From Alphaproteobacteria bacterium (GTDB lineage: Bacteria; Pseudomonadota; Alphaproteobacteria; UBA828), in NCBI GenBank assembly GCA_965220825.1, contig OZ244839.1, forward strand, positions 2,859,861 through 2,923,860: a DNA stretch of 64,000 nt, in the 5' to 3' direction. The notes beneath the pieces were generated by a model, which worked only from the letters and a program-made list of their open reading frames with translations, was not told the origin of the DNA and ran no database searches. Within the stretch, counting starts at the first letter, position 1. The number at the start of each line of letters is the position of its first letter. A program made the position numbers and the translations under genes. Of this stretch, positions 20,371 to 29,360 are shown in pieces.

Positions 20371-23223
20371 ATGTCCTTCCCTCTCAAGCCGCGTGCGGCC
20401 CTTGCGGTCTCGCCGCGCCAGGCGGTCTGGCTCGACGAGACGGGCGCCGCCGAGCGCCTCTCCCATGCGGAGGCCGCCCGCAGGCTCCAGGGCGCCGGGT
20501 GCGCACCCTATGTCTGCCACGCACGCGCGACGGCGCGACGCCTCGGCGTCGGGAGCGTTCGGGCACCGGATCTGTTGGAGCTCTTCGCCTTCGTCCATCC
20601 CGCGCGGTTCACGCTGCCGACGGCGCGCGGCCTCGCCCGCGCTCTCGGCCTCGCCGAACCCGCGACCGTCGAGGAGGAGGCCGCGGTGCTGCCCGCAAGT
20701 GCCGCGCACCTCCTGACCGCCCTCGCTGCGCCCGGCTTCCCGGATGCGGGGCCTGCGCTCGCCATCGCGCGTGCGATGGAGGAGGGGGGCTGGCCCTGGG
20801 GGGAGGCCGTGCTCGCGGCGTTCCAGGCGGGCGGCCAGGGGTCGGGCAGAAGTTCGGCGTCGGCGCTCGCGGTTTGGAGCCGGCTCGGCGAATGGCGGGA
20901 ATCTGCGCCGCCGTCCGCGCCGAGCCACCGGGCGGTGAAGCCGGCGGAGGCGCGCAGCCGGCTTGCCGCGCTGCTGGGCGAAGAGGCGGAGCCCCGGCCC
21001 GAGCAGGCGGATTTCGCATCCGCCGCATGCGCAGCGCTCGAGCCCGCAGCCGAAGAGGGGCCCCACCTGGTACTGGCGGAGGCGGGTACGGGTGTCGGCA
21101 AGACCCTCGGCTACATCGCCCCGATGAGCGTATGGGTGGAGAAGAACGGCGCCACGGCATGGCTTTCTACCTATACCCGCAACCTGCAGCGCCAGATCGA
21201 CCGGGAGCTGGACCGCCTCTATCCGGATCCCGCGATCAAGGCGGAGCGTGTGGTGGTGCGCAAGGGGCGGGAGAACTATCTGTGCCTTCTGAACCTGGAG
21301 GAAGCGGTGGGGCGCAGCGCCCTGTCGCCGGCGGACCGCGCGGCCCTCGGCCTCATGGCGCGCTGGACGGCGGCGACGCGGGACGGCGACATGACGGGCG
21401 GCGATTTCCCCGCCTGGCTCGCCGACTTGCTGGGCTACCGCCTGACCCTGGGGCTCGCCGACCGCCGTGGCGAGTGCATCTTCAGCGCCTGTACGCATTT
21501 TCGCCGCTGCTTCATCGAGAAGGGCCAGCGCAAGGCCCGGCGCGCGGACTTCGTGATCGCGAACCACGCCCTCGTCATGGTCCAGGCGGTGCGCGCGATG
21601 CGGGGCGGCGACGATCGCGGCGTTCCCACCCGCTATGTGTTCGACGAGGGCCACCATGTGTTCGACGCGGCGGACGGCGCGTTCTCCGCCCACCTCACCG
21701 GCATGGAGGCGGCGGAGGTGCGGCGCTGGATACTGGGCGCGGAGAGCCGTGGACGCGGGGCGCGGGCGGACGGGCTGTGGGCCGGTCGCGCGCGGGGGCT
21801 CGAGAGCCGCATCGGGGACCTGCTGGCGGAGCGCGCCGATGCGCGCGAGATGCTGGACGACGCGCTGGCCGCGGCGCGGGCGCTGCCGGGAGCCGAGTGG
21901 CACCGGCGTATCGTCGACGGCCGCCCCGCGGGCCCGGCGGAGCGTTTCCTTGACCTGGTACGGCGCCAAGTGCTCGCCCGCACGCCTGGTCGCGACAGCC
22001 CCTACGGCCTAGAGACTCCGGTGCATCCGCCGGTTTCCGGCCTCATGGAGGCCGCGGCCGTGCTCGCGTTAGCGCTGGAGGGGATGGAGCGTCCGCTCCG
22101 CGCTCTTGCGGCCCTCCTCACGGCGCTGCTCGGCGACGAGGCGGAGCGGCTGGAATCCGCCGAACGCCAGCGGATCGAGGGCGCGATCCGGGGTGTCGAA
22201 TACCGCGCGAGCGACCGTATCGGCGCTTGGCGGGCCATGCTGGAGGCCATCGGTTCTCCGCCGGAGGCCGTGCCCGCATCCGCTACGCCCTCGTCTTGCG
22301 CGCCTCTCGCACCCTCCGAAGCTGCCGAGGAAGGCGGCGCCGCGACCGGCTTCGTGGACTGGTTCGCCATTGACCGCACCGACGGGCGGGATCGGGATAT
22401 CGGCATGCACCGCCATTATGTGGATCCCGGGCTGCCCTTTGCCCGGTCTGTGCTCGCCCGTACCCAGGGTGCGTTGATCACGTCCGCGACCCTCCGCGAC
22501 GATGCGGACGACGACGCGGAGGGCTGGGTGCTGGCGGAAGCGCGCACCGGCGGGCGGCATCTGGAGCGGCCGCCGGTGCGCGCCTCCGTGCTTTCGCCCT
22601 TCGATTACGTCGCGCAGACCCGCGTGCTTGCGGTGACGGATGTCGGGCGGGACGACGGGGATCGGATCGCCGGTGCCTACCGCGCGCTGTTCGAGGCGTC
22701 GGGCGGCGGCGCATTGGGCCTCTTCACCGCGATCTCGCGTCTTCGCGCCATCCACGGCCGCATCGCGGGCCCCTTGGACGAGGCGGGGATTCCGCTCTGG
22801 TCCCAGCATGTGGACCCGTTGAACACCACCACCCTGGTGGAGATTTTCCGTGCCGAGCCCGACGCCTGTCTGCTGGGCACGGACGCCGTGCGCGACGGTG
22901 TGGATGTGCCGGGCCGGAGCCTTCGGCTGATCGTGTTCGACCGGGTGCCCTGGCCGCGCCCGAACATCCTGCACAAGGCCCGGCGGGAGGCCTTCGGCGG
23001 CAGGCGCTACGATGAAGGCGTTGCGCGGCTCAGGATCAAGCAAGCCTACGGCCGTCTGATCCGCCGGGCGGACGACAAGGGCGTTTTCGTGATGCTGGAC
23101 CGGGGCTTCCCCACCCGCCTTGCGAGCGCGTTCCCGGCGGGCGTCGCGCCACAACGCGTCGGGCTCGCCGAGGCGGTACGCATCGTCGCGGCGTTCGTCG
23201 GGCCGGAGGCCGGTGGGCGGTGA
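20371..23223 (+). CDS. ATP-dependent DNA helicase, DinG/XPD (Rad3) family with Fe-S domain
   Basis: 950 aa. Walker A AGTGVGKT at about residue 240, DEGHH box, Cys pattern YLC...GEC-x4-C-x5-C (GECIFSACTHFRRC) like the DinG 4Fe-4S cluster ligands, helicase C-terminal motifs. Confidence 0.85.
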   Translation: MSFPLKPRAALAVSPRQAVWLDETGAAERLSHAEAARRLQGAGCAPYVCHARATARRLGVGSVRAPDLLELFAFVHPARFTLPTARGLARALGLAEPATVEEEAAVLPASAAHLLTALAAPGFPDAGPALAIARAMEEGGWPWGEAVLAAFQAGGQGSGRSSASALAVWSRLGEWRESAPPSAPSHRAVKPAEARSRLAALLGEEAEPRPEQADFASAACAALEPAAEEGPHLVLAEAGTGVGKTLGYIAPMSVWVEKNGATAWLSTYTRNLQRQIDRELDRLYPDPAIKAERVVVRKGRENYLCLLNLEEAVGRSALSPADRAALGLMARWTAATRDGDMTGGDFPAWLADLLGYRLTLGLADRRGECIFSACTHFRRCFIEKGQRKARRADFVIANHALVMVQAVRAMRGGDDRGVPTRYVFDEGHHVFDAADGAFSAHLTGMEAAEVRRWILGAESRGRGARADGLWAGRARGLESRIGDLLAERADAREMLDDALAAARALPGAEWHRRIVDGRPAGPAERFLDLVRRQVLARTPGRDSPYGLETPVHPPVSGLMEAAAVLALALEGMERPLRALAALLTALLGDEAERLESAERQRIEGAIRGVEYRASDRIGAWRAMLEAIGSPPEAVPASATPSSCAPLAPSEAAEEGGAATGFVDWFAIDRTDGRDRDIGMHRHYVDPGLPFARSVLARTQGALITSATLRDDADDDAEGWVLAEARTGGRHLERPPVRASVLSPFDYVAQTRVLAVTDVGRDDGDRIAGAYRALFEASGGGALGLFTAISRLRAIHGRIAGPLDEAGIPLWSQHVDPLNTTTLVEIFRAEPDACLLGTDAVRDGVDVPGRSLRLIVFDRVPWPRPNILHKARREAFGGRRYDEGVARLRIKQAYGRLIRRADDKGVFVMLDRGFPTRLASAFPAGVAPQRVGLAEAVRIVAAFVGPEAGGR

Positions 23224-23236
23224 GGCGCTGCGTCGC

Positions 23237-24067
23237 CTATGCCGAAGACTTGGCGCGCGGTACGAGCAAGCGCATTGCGGCCGCAGTCGCGGCAAAGGAG
23301 ACCACCAGGACGGGGCCTGCCGGCAAATCCGTCACCAGTGCGACAAGGATCGCGACGAATACGGCAGCGGCCCCGCTCGCCAACGCCCGCGGGAGGCTGT
23401 AGCCGCTGCCGCGGCGCGCTGCGAGAGCGGGGAGGATCAGGCTCGCGAACACCACATAGACGCCCACCAGTTGCACCGAGGCGGTGACGGCGAGGGCGAA
23501 CAGAATGAAGAAACCCACACCGCGCCGCAGGCGTGGGACGAAGAGCCACAGCGCCGCGACCGGCCCGTAAATCGGGAGGAAGACCGCGATATCGCTCCAG
23601 GAGACGAACAGAAGCTGGCCGGAGAGGATGTGTTGCATCTCCTCCGCACCGCCCGCCCGGTTCGCGAGTGCGAGCGGCGCGGCGGAGGCCGCCACGATGA
23701 AGCAGCTTCCGATCACCGCCTCCTGCTCGGCGGGCGTCTTCCGCTCCACCAGGCGAAAGACGAGCGCAACGCCGATACCCGCGCCGAAGGCGACAACCTG
23801 GCGGATGAGCCAGGAGGGCTCCGCGTACCACAGGTCGAGCAGGATGATCGTGAGGCCCACCGCCTGCGCCGTCGCCAAGTCTATGAAGACGATGCCCCGT
23901 TTCAGAACCTCGATCCCAAGCGGGGCGTGAACCGCCGTCACAAAGAGCGCGGCGGCGAAGGCGGGCGCTGCGATGGCAAGGAGGTCAGCGTCGATCGCGG
24001 GCCTCTTCGAGGAGCGCAAGGGTGGTATCGAAAAGGGCGAAGAGGTCGTCCACCCCGGCCTCTTCAT
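23237..24067 (-). CDS. metal (Zn/Mn-type) ABC transporter permease, ZnuB-like
   Basis: Polytopic ABC-3 family pattern (PLGIEVLKRGIVFIDLATAQ..., EEMQHILSGQLLFVSW...). The only in-frame ATG (24067) overlaps the upstream SBP gene by 83 nt, so the true start is unresolved. Confidence 0.8.
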   Translation of the reverse strand: MKRPGWTTSSPFSIPPLRSSKRPAIDADLLAIAAPAFAAALFVTAVHAPLGIEVLKRGIVFIDLATAQAVGLTIILLDLWYAEPSWLIRQVVAFGAGIGVALVFRLVERKTPAEQEAVIGSCFIVAASAAPLALANRAGGAEEMQHILSGQLLFVSWSDIAVFLPIYGPVAALWLFVPRLRRGVGFFILFALAVTASVQLVGVYVVFASLILPALAARRGSGYSLPRALASGAAAVFVAILVALVTDLPAGPVLVVSFAATAAAMRLLVPRAKSSA

Positions 24068-24908
24068 TGACGGTGAAGGGAAGCTTCACCACCGGAATGC
24101 CGCTCTCTGCGGAAAGCCACGCGGCGGCGTCCTCCGGCTCGTGGGGTGCGCTCAGAATGGCCTTCACGTCGCCGTTCCGCACCCGGGCGAGAACATCGGC
24201 AAGGTGGCCGAGGGAGGGAGGCACGCCCGGGACGCGCTCAAGGCTTGCCGTCTGCTTCATACCTGCCCAATGGAGCAGGTAGCTCCAGGCCTCGTGATGG
24301 ACTACCACCTCAAGGCCGCGGAGGCGTTCCGCGCGTGCACTCCAGTCGGCCGCGGCCTCCTTCCAGCGGGTAAGGAAGGATTCAAGCTGGGCGCGGTAGG
24401 TGCCGGCGTTCTCCGGGTCGATGAGGGTCAGGCGGTCGGCCGCCACGCGTGCCAGCAGGGCGATATTGTGCGGGTCCAGATGGACGTGGGGGTTCCCGCT
24501 CGCATGGATATCCCCGAGGCTGCGGTCGAGGATCTCGGGCACATCCAGCAGCGCCACATGGTCCGCCGCCATGAGGTGCCCCGGCGCGCCGGGTTGGAGG
24601 TCTTTCCCCCCGCCGCGGCGCAGCAGAATCGGGAGCCACCCGACCTCGAGCTCGGCGCCGGAGCAGAAAAGCATGTCGGCCCGTCGCAGCGCCGCGATGA
24701 GGCTTGGCTTGGCACGGATGCGGTGGACGTCCTGCTCCGCGTGGGTCGCGGCGTAGGCCTCGACATGCGCGCCACCGACCTCCTCGGCGAGCGATGCCCA
24801 TTCCGGCTCGCAGGCGAAGACACGTATGTCGGCCTGCGCCGCTGGTGAAGGGCCGATCCAGGCCAGCGCGGCGGCCAGGAGAGCCGCCGGCAGGTAGCGT
24901 CCGATCAT
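23985..24908 (-). CDS. metal ABC transporter substrate-binding protein, ZnuA/TroA-like
   Basis: 307 aa. Signal peptide (LLAAALAWIGPSPAAQA) and cluster-9 SBP features (AELEVGWLP, GNPHVHLDPHN, VVHHEAWSYL). Confidence 0.85.
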   Translation of the reverse strand: MIGRYLPAALLAAALAWIGPSPAAQADIRVFACEPEWASLAEEVGGAHVEAYAATHAEQDVHRIRAKPSLIAALRRADMLFCSGAELEVGWLPILLRRGGGKDLQPGAPGHLMAADHVALLDVPEILDRSLGDIHASGNPHVHLDPHNIALLARVAADRLTLIDPENAGTYRAQLESFLTRWKEAAADWSARAERLRGLEVVVHHEAWSYLLHWAGMKQTASLERVPGVPPSLGHLADVLARVRNGDVKAILSAPHEPEDAAAWLSAESGIPVVKLPFTVNEEAGVDDLFALFDTTLALLEEARDRR

Positions 24909-24917
24909 GCCGGCGAC

Positions 24918-26363
24918 TCAGAAGCTGTGCGCCGGATGAGCGCCGAGGCTGATGATATATTGCAGCAGGAGCTGGTCGTCGCTGTGGCCGGGAGCGAGAG
25001 TCTCCCGGTTGTATTGCAGGCGGGCGCGGCTGTATTCGCTGTTGCTCCAGTCTGCCATGACCGCGACGGCGGTGGGCGTGCGGCTTGCTTCCACCACCTT
25101 CGGCGGATTCATCTGGGCGTAGCGGACGCCGGCCCGCAAGCCCGGCTGCACGCCATAGATGGCCTGCGCATACCAGCCGCTGCTGTCGGCGACGAGTGTG
25201 TCCGACTCTCCTTCCGTGCCGTCTTCTTCATCGGGCAGCGCGTAGAGGCCGCTCTCCTCGCGCTGGAAGTACTCCCCTTGCAGGATCAGCTCGCCGTCCC
25301 CCGGGTTGCCGGTCGGCGCCCAGGTGACGCGCACGTCGGCGCCGAGAAGCCGCGTATCGCCTGTGAACGCGCCGCCGGCGAAGAGTTCGGCGAAGTGTTC
25401 GGGACCTTCCTCTTCCTCGCCGTCGCCGTCGCCATCGCTGTCCTCGTCCTCGTCCCCATGAGCGTGTGCGTCGTCTCCTCCGCCCGCGCGTTCATGGGAT
25501 CTTCCGTCCAGCAGATATCCGCCGACCCGCCAGGCGATGTCGCGGCCGAGATCGCCTCCGAGCCGAGCGTAGGCCGACCATGCTTCCTGGCCGTCTTCCG
25601 TGCCGCCGAAGGGCGTATCGGCGCCCCGGAACAAGCCGGCACCGATCTCGCTGTAGAACGGCGTGGGGAAGACGAAGGCGGCCTCGATGCCGTCATCGTT
25701 ATAGGCGCCGTCGAGGAACGTGCGGTAGGGGAGCGGGCGGTCCACGAAATCGTCCGCGTGACGGTGGATCTCGTTGAGATAGCCGATGGTCCAGAGCCCG
25801 CGCCCCGCCTTGATCCTGAAGCCCTCCGGCAGGCCCGTACCCGGAAGCGTCGCGAGATAAGCCTCTTCGATCTCGAGTTCCGTCTCGCTGCCATGTTCGG
25901 CGAAACCGAGGGTGAGTGCACCACGGAACTTGTCGTCGATATTGCCGGTAAAGCCCAGTTCGCTGTGGCCCAGCGAGAGCCCCTTCCCGGCGCGCTCGCC
26001 CTCGTGACCGAACGGGAGGCCGGGAATCGCGGCGGCATCGCCGGAATGGTCCGCGAAGAGACCGTTGAGCACCACGCCGATGGCCGGGTTGAAGTCGTTG
26101 TCGGCCGTCGCGCGGCTGTAAGCGGGTGTTGCGGGTGGGGTCTCGGGTGCCGCCGCCCGGGCTTCGGCTTTCGCCGTCAATGTCGAGAGCTGGTCCTCGA
26201 GCGCCCGGATGCGCGCTTCATATTCGCTCTTGAGCGCTTCGATCTGCGCCGCAAGCGCCGTAACGGAGGCGCTTTCCTCCGCCCGTAGCTGGTTCGGTGC
26301 CGCGACCGCGGCGAAGACGAGCGCCAGTCCGGCAAACCCGATGAAGCCCAATGTCTTGCGCAT
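24918..26363 (-). CDS. putative outer-membrane porin-like protein with N-terminal coiled coil and acidic/His-rich loop
   Basis: From ATG 26363. Signal peptide MRKTLGFIGFAGLALVFAAVAAPNQLRA, heptad-like segment (AAQIEALKSEYEARIRALEDQL), then alternating beta-strand-like sequence ending in ...GAHPAHSF (C-terminal Phe). First gene of the porin-znuA-znuB unit. Confidence 0.6.
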   Translation of the reverse strand: MRKTLGFIGFAGLALVFAAVAAPNQLRAEESASVTALAAQIEALKSEYEARIRALEDQLSTLTAKAEARAAAPETPPATPAYSRATADNDFNPAIGVVLNGLFADHSGDAAAIPGLPFGHEGERAGKGLSLGHSELGFTGNIDDKFRGALTLGFAEHGSETELEIEEAYLATLPGTGLPEGFRIKAGRGLWTIGYLNEIHRHADDFVDRPLPYRTFLDGAYNDDGIEAAFVFPTPFYSEIGAGLFRGADTPFGGTEDGQEAWSAYARLGGDLGRDIAWRVGGYLLDGRSHERAGGGDDAHAHGDEDEDSDGDGDGEEEEGPEHFAELFAGGAFTGDTRLLGADVRVTWAPTGNPGDGELILQGEYFQREESGLYALPDEEDGTEGESDTLVADSSGWYAQAIYGVQPGLRAGVRYAQMNPPKVVEASRTPTAVAVMADWSNSEYSRARLQYNRETLAPGHSDDQLLLQYIISLGAHPAHSF

Positions 26364-26424
26364 GATATCCCTTCCGTTGAAGACCCACGCCGACGCGCGC
26401 CCTCCACCCTTGCAGTGCCTGTCC

Positions 26425-26441
26425 GCGGATCGCCGATCCGC
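26425..26441. promoter_or_regulatory. 17-bp palindrome gcggatcg-c-cgatccgc in the porin leader
   Basis: Perfect 8-bp arms around one central base. Lies between the Zur-like box and the porin start codon. Confidence 0.3.
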
Positions 26442-26452
26442 AGGCAACAACT

Positions 26453-26467
26453 GTTATAACGTAACAT
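26453..26467 (-). promoter_or_regulatory. candidate Zur (zinc uptake regulator) operator
   Basis: tgttataacgtaaca is a TGTTA-N5-TAACA palindrome in a locally AT-rich stretch about 90 nt upstream of the porin-znuA-znuB operon. It resembles the GTTAT-ATAAC core of proteobacterial Zur boxes. Confidence 0.45.
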
Positions 26468-26869
26468 TAAGGTTGGCAGTATGCAAGGCAGTAGAGATGC
26501 CTGTGATGTATCGGATCTTGTGTCAGGGGCGGCGAGCGGAGGCACTCCATGGGTTTGCCATATCGACGAAACGGAGCACTCCCATGCCGCGGCCCGCGAC
26601 GATCAAGAGCATGACCGCCGCGTTCCGTATGATGAAGGCGATTCAAGCGGATGAGGCCGCGCTTGTCGACCGACCGAGGACTTTCCCGGATCGGGTGGTC
26701 CGGAATACGGGGAGCAGACCAGTGTCGTTCGGATGGCGGGCTCACCGTCGAAAGTCACGTCGCCCACTTCGCCTTTCCCCGGGGCGTCGGGCGATTTGCG
26801 CGAGGCGTTGCGAGTGCGGCGTTAATTCCGGGAGGGCGCCGTCGCCAGCAAGGTCGGAACGACGAGGCC

Positions 26870-28297
26870 TCAGGCGTGGACGGGAGGGATCGCGTCGAAC
26901 CAGGGCCGTGCCTCTTCCAGACGCGCCGCCAAACGAAACAGGAGCGCGTCGTTTGCATGGCTCGCGATAAACTGGACGCCGCAGGGCAGGCTGTCCGCGC
27001 TCCAGTGCAGCGGCAGCGATATGGCCGGTAGGCCACTGACATTGTGCGGCAACGTAAAGACGACCTCGGGCATCAGACGCTCGTTGTTGTACGTCTCGAA
27101 CGGCAGCGACATGTCGTAGTAGCCGACCCGGCGAGGCGGGTTGGGCATGGTTGGAGTAATGACCACGTCGTAGGGTGCGCAATCCGCGGCGATGGTCCAG
27201 CCGGCCATGTGCATGGCCTCTATGTCCTGGACCAGGGCCGTCGCGCTGATTTGCTCGCCGCGTTCGACCATCTCCCGGATCACACTGCCGAGTTCACCTT
27301 CTCCCGGGGGGCGTCCCATCACCGGCTCCAGGCTGTGGATGCCTGCCGCCGTCGCCGCGCAGGCGATGCGCGTAAAGATCTCGCCCAACGCATCGAAATC
27401 GAAGCTGTATTCCACTTCCTCGATGGCATGGCCCATCGACGCGCAGAGCTCGGCCGCGTTTTTCGCTGCCGCTATGCACTCCGGATGGACCGGCCGTCCG
27501 CTGGCGGCCTTCGTAATCAGCCCGATCTTGAGGCGGCCGGGATCCTTGCCGACTTCTTCCAGAAACGGAGTATCCGGCCGGGCGTGCGCATTGGGATCGC
27601 CGGGCACAGCATACTGGGTCAGATCGTGGTAGGCGGCGTGATCGCGCACGCTCAGCGACACGCATCCCTCGACGACACAGCCGTACCAGAGATCCCCGTA
27701 AAACGGCGCCGTCGTGGTGCGGCCGCGTGACTGCTTGAGCCCGACAAGGCCGTTGTTCGAGGCAGGGATGCGAGTCGATCCGCCGCCATCATTGGCGGTC
27801 GCCAGAGGCAGAATGCGGGCGGCGACGGCGGCGCCCGAGCCGCCGCTGGAACCTCCCGGCGTGTGCTCGGGATTCCACGGGTTTCGCCCCGGCGGGTAGA
27901 GCGGCGGCTCCGACGCGACGCAATAGCCCATCTCGGGCGTGACGGTCTTCGCTAGGCGGATGAAGCCGCCCTCGGCGATACGTTCTGCAATGACGCTGTC
28001 GGCAGGCGCGACGAAGTCCCGGAGGTAACGGCAGCCGCTCGTCAGCGGAAGGCCCTGATACGCGGTCAGCAGGTCCTTGAGGAGCAGGGGTACGCCGGTG
28101 AACGGCCCGTCCGGAAGCGGCTTCTCGGCGGCGGTGCGCGCCGCGTCGTAGTTCTTGAACATCACACAGTTGAGCGCGGGATTGACGTTTTCGATCCGTT
28201 CGATGGCTGCTTCCACCAGCTCGATGGGCTTGACTTCCTTGCGTCTCACGAGATCGGCGAGACCGAGAGCGTCGTAGCGTTCGAGTTCGATGCTCAT
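26870..28297 (-). CDS. amidase (amidase-signature family)
   Basis: From ATG 28297 (aaggaggc SD). [22 protein letters not shown] and GGSTRIPA motifs. Last gene of the ABC-importer operon. Confidence 0.88.
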   Translation of the reverse strand: MSIELERYDALGLADLVRRKEVKPIELVEAAIERIENVNPALNCVMFKNYDAARTAAEKPLPDGPFTGVPLLLKDLLTAYQGLPLTSGCRYLRDFVAPADSVIAERIAEGGFIRLAKTVTPEMGYCVASEPPLYPPGRNPWNPEHTPGGSSGGSGAAVAARILPLATANDGGGSTRIPASNNGLVGLKQSRGRTTTAPFYGDLWYGCVVEGCVSLSVRDHAAYHDLTQYAVPGDPNAHARPDTPFLEEVGKDPGRLKIGLITKAASGRPVHPECIAAAKNAAELCASMGHAIEEVEYSFDFDALGEIFTRIACAATAAGIHSLEPVMGRPPGEGELGSVIREMVERGEQISATALVQDIEAMHMAGWTIAADCAPYDVVITPTMPNPPRRVGYYDMSLPFETYNNERLMPEVVFTLPHNVSGLPAISLPLHWSADSLPCGVQFIASHANDALLFRLAARLEEARPWFDAIPPVHA

Positions 28298-28358
28298 GCG
28301 ATTTGCCTCCTTGGCTGGATTGCCGCCGTGACCGTCCCTCTCTCGCACGGGGCAAACA

Positions 28359-29354
28359 TCATCGGTCTGCAAGCTTTCCGAAGTATTTTCCGGCCACGCG
28401 GGATCTTGAAAACAAGGTCGACGCTTGCTGAAGGGCATTGATGAGGCCGCCCGGATAGAACAGCAGCATCAAGATGATCAGGGCCGAGATGATGAGGAAG
28501 CGCATCGGGCCGAGGTCGACCATCGCTTCCGACAGCAAGGTGATCACGAAGGCGCCGAGAATGGGCCCATAGATGCTGTTGAGCCCGCCCAGCAGCAGCA
28601 TGGACAGCGCCAGGGACAGGAAGCCGAAGCCGAAAATTTCCGGCGAGGCGACCCTGACATAGGTGGAGTAGAAGCCCCCGGCAATCCCGGTGAAGAACGC
28701 GCTCAGGCCGAGCGTGAGCATGCGCTGGCGTGCCAGCGAGATTCCTCGGCTGATCGCGTAGTCCTCGTTGTCGCGCAGCGCGACGATGCTCGTGCCGAAG
28801 CGCGATCGAACCAGGCGGTGGAGATAGATGGTGGAAAGCACGAGCAAGAACAGGCCGACATAGTAGTAGCCGAACTTGCCGTCGCGGGCGAAGTTGTAGT
28901 CCCCGATCTTGAGCGGCGGCAGAAGCGGCATGCCCATGGAGCCGCCGGTGGTCTCCTCCTGGCTCAGGACGAGCTGGAAGCAAAGTTGACTGAAGGCGAA
29001 GGTCACAAGGACGACGTAGATCCCCTTCAACCGGAGTACCGGCAGGCAGACGACCAGCGCGGCGACGACGCCGATCACCCCTGCGAGAGGAATCGTCAGC
29101 CAGGGCGTGATGCCGATCGTCTTGGACATGATCGCCGAGCCGTAGACGCCTGCGGCAAAGAAGGCGATGTGGCCGAAATTGAAGACGCCGGCATAGCCGA
29201 GGCTCAGGTCCCAATTCGATGCGACGATCGCGTAGATGAAAGTGATGATCAACAGATGACGGATATAGGGCGAGGGGACGACAAGCGGCAGCAGGATCAG
29301 GATGAGGAGGCAGGTCAGCCTCGCCAGGTTCGGCCCGGTGAGCAACTCTCGCAT
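28359..29354 (-). CDS. branched-chain-amino-acid-type ABC transporter permease (LivM-like)
   Basis: 331 aa polytopic protein. GYAGVFNFGHIAFFAAGVY motif typical of the LivM family. Confidence 0.85.
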   Translation of the reverse strand: MRELLTGPNLARLTCLLILILLPLVVPSPYIRHLLIITFIYAIVASNWDLSLGYAGVFNFGHIAFFAAGVYGSAIMSKTIGITPWLTIPLAGVIGVVAALVVCLPVLRLKGIYVVLVTFAFSQLCFQLVLSQEETTGGSMGMPLLPPLKIGDYNFARDGKFGYYYVGLFLLVLSTIYLHRLVRSRFGTSIVALRDNEDYAISRGISLARQRMLTLGLSAFFTGIAGGFYSTYVRVASPEIFGFGFLSLALSMLLLGGLNSIYGPILGAFVITLLSEAMVDLGPMRFLIISALIILMLLFYPGGLINALQQASTLFSRSRVAGKYFGKLADR

Positions 29355-29360
29355 CGCGCC

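Noticed and set aside
18668-21969. ORFs 18668..20716 (+), 20223..21953 (+), 20350..21969 (-) and 18564..20246 (-)
   Set aside because: They are shadows of the class I LysRS and helicase genes. The translations are compositionally biased and motif-free.
25395-25500. DNA-level tandem repeat (gccgtc/gtcctc periodicity)
   Set aside because: The periodicity is the coding image of the Asp/Gly/Glu-rich peptide on the opposite strand. It is not a non-coding microsatellite or repeat array.
26209-26970. 253-aa ORF spanning the porin start, the intergenic gap and the amidase 3' end
   Set aside because: It overlaps two supported genes on the opposite strand, and its unique middle part has no recognisable protein features.
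26870-28297. The two amidase-signature genes (also 51937-53379) as GatA of the Glu/Asp-tRNA amidotransferase
   Set aside because: No gatB or gatC is adjacent. One gene is the terminal gene of an ABC importer operon and the other is monocistronic, so generic substrate amidases are more likely.
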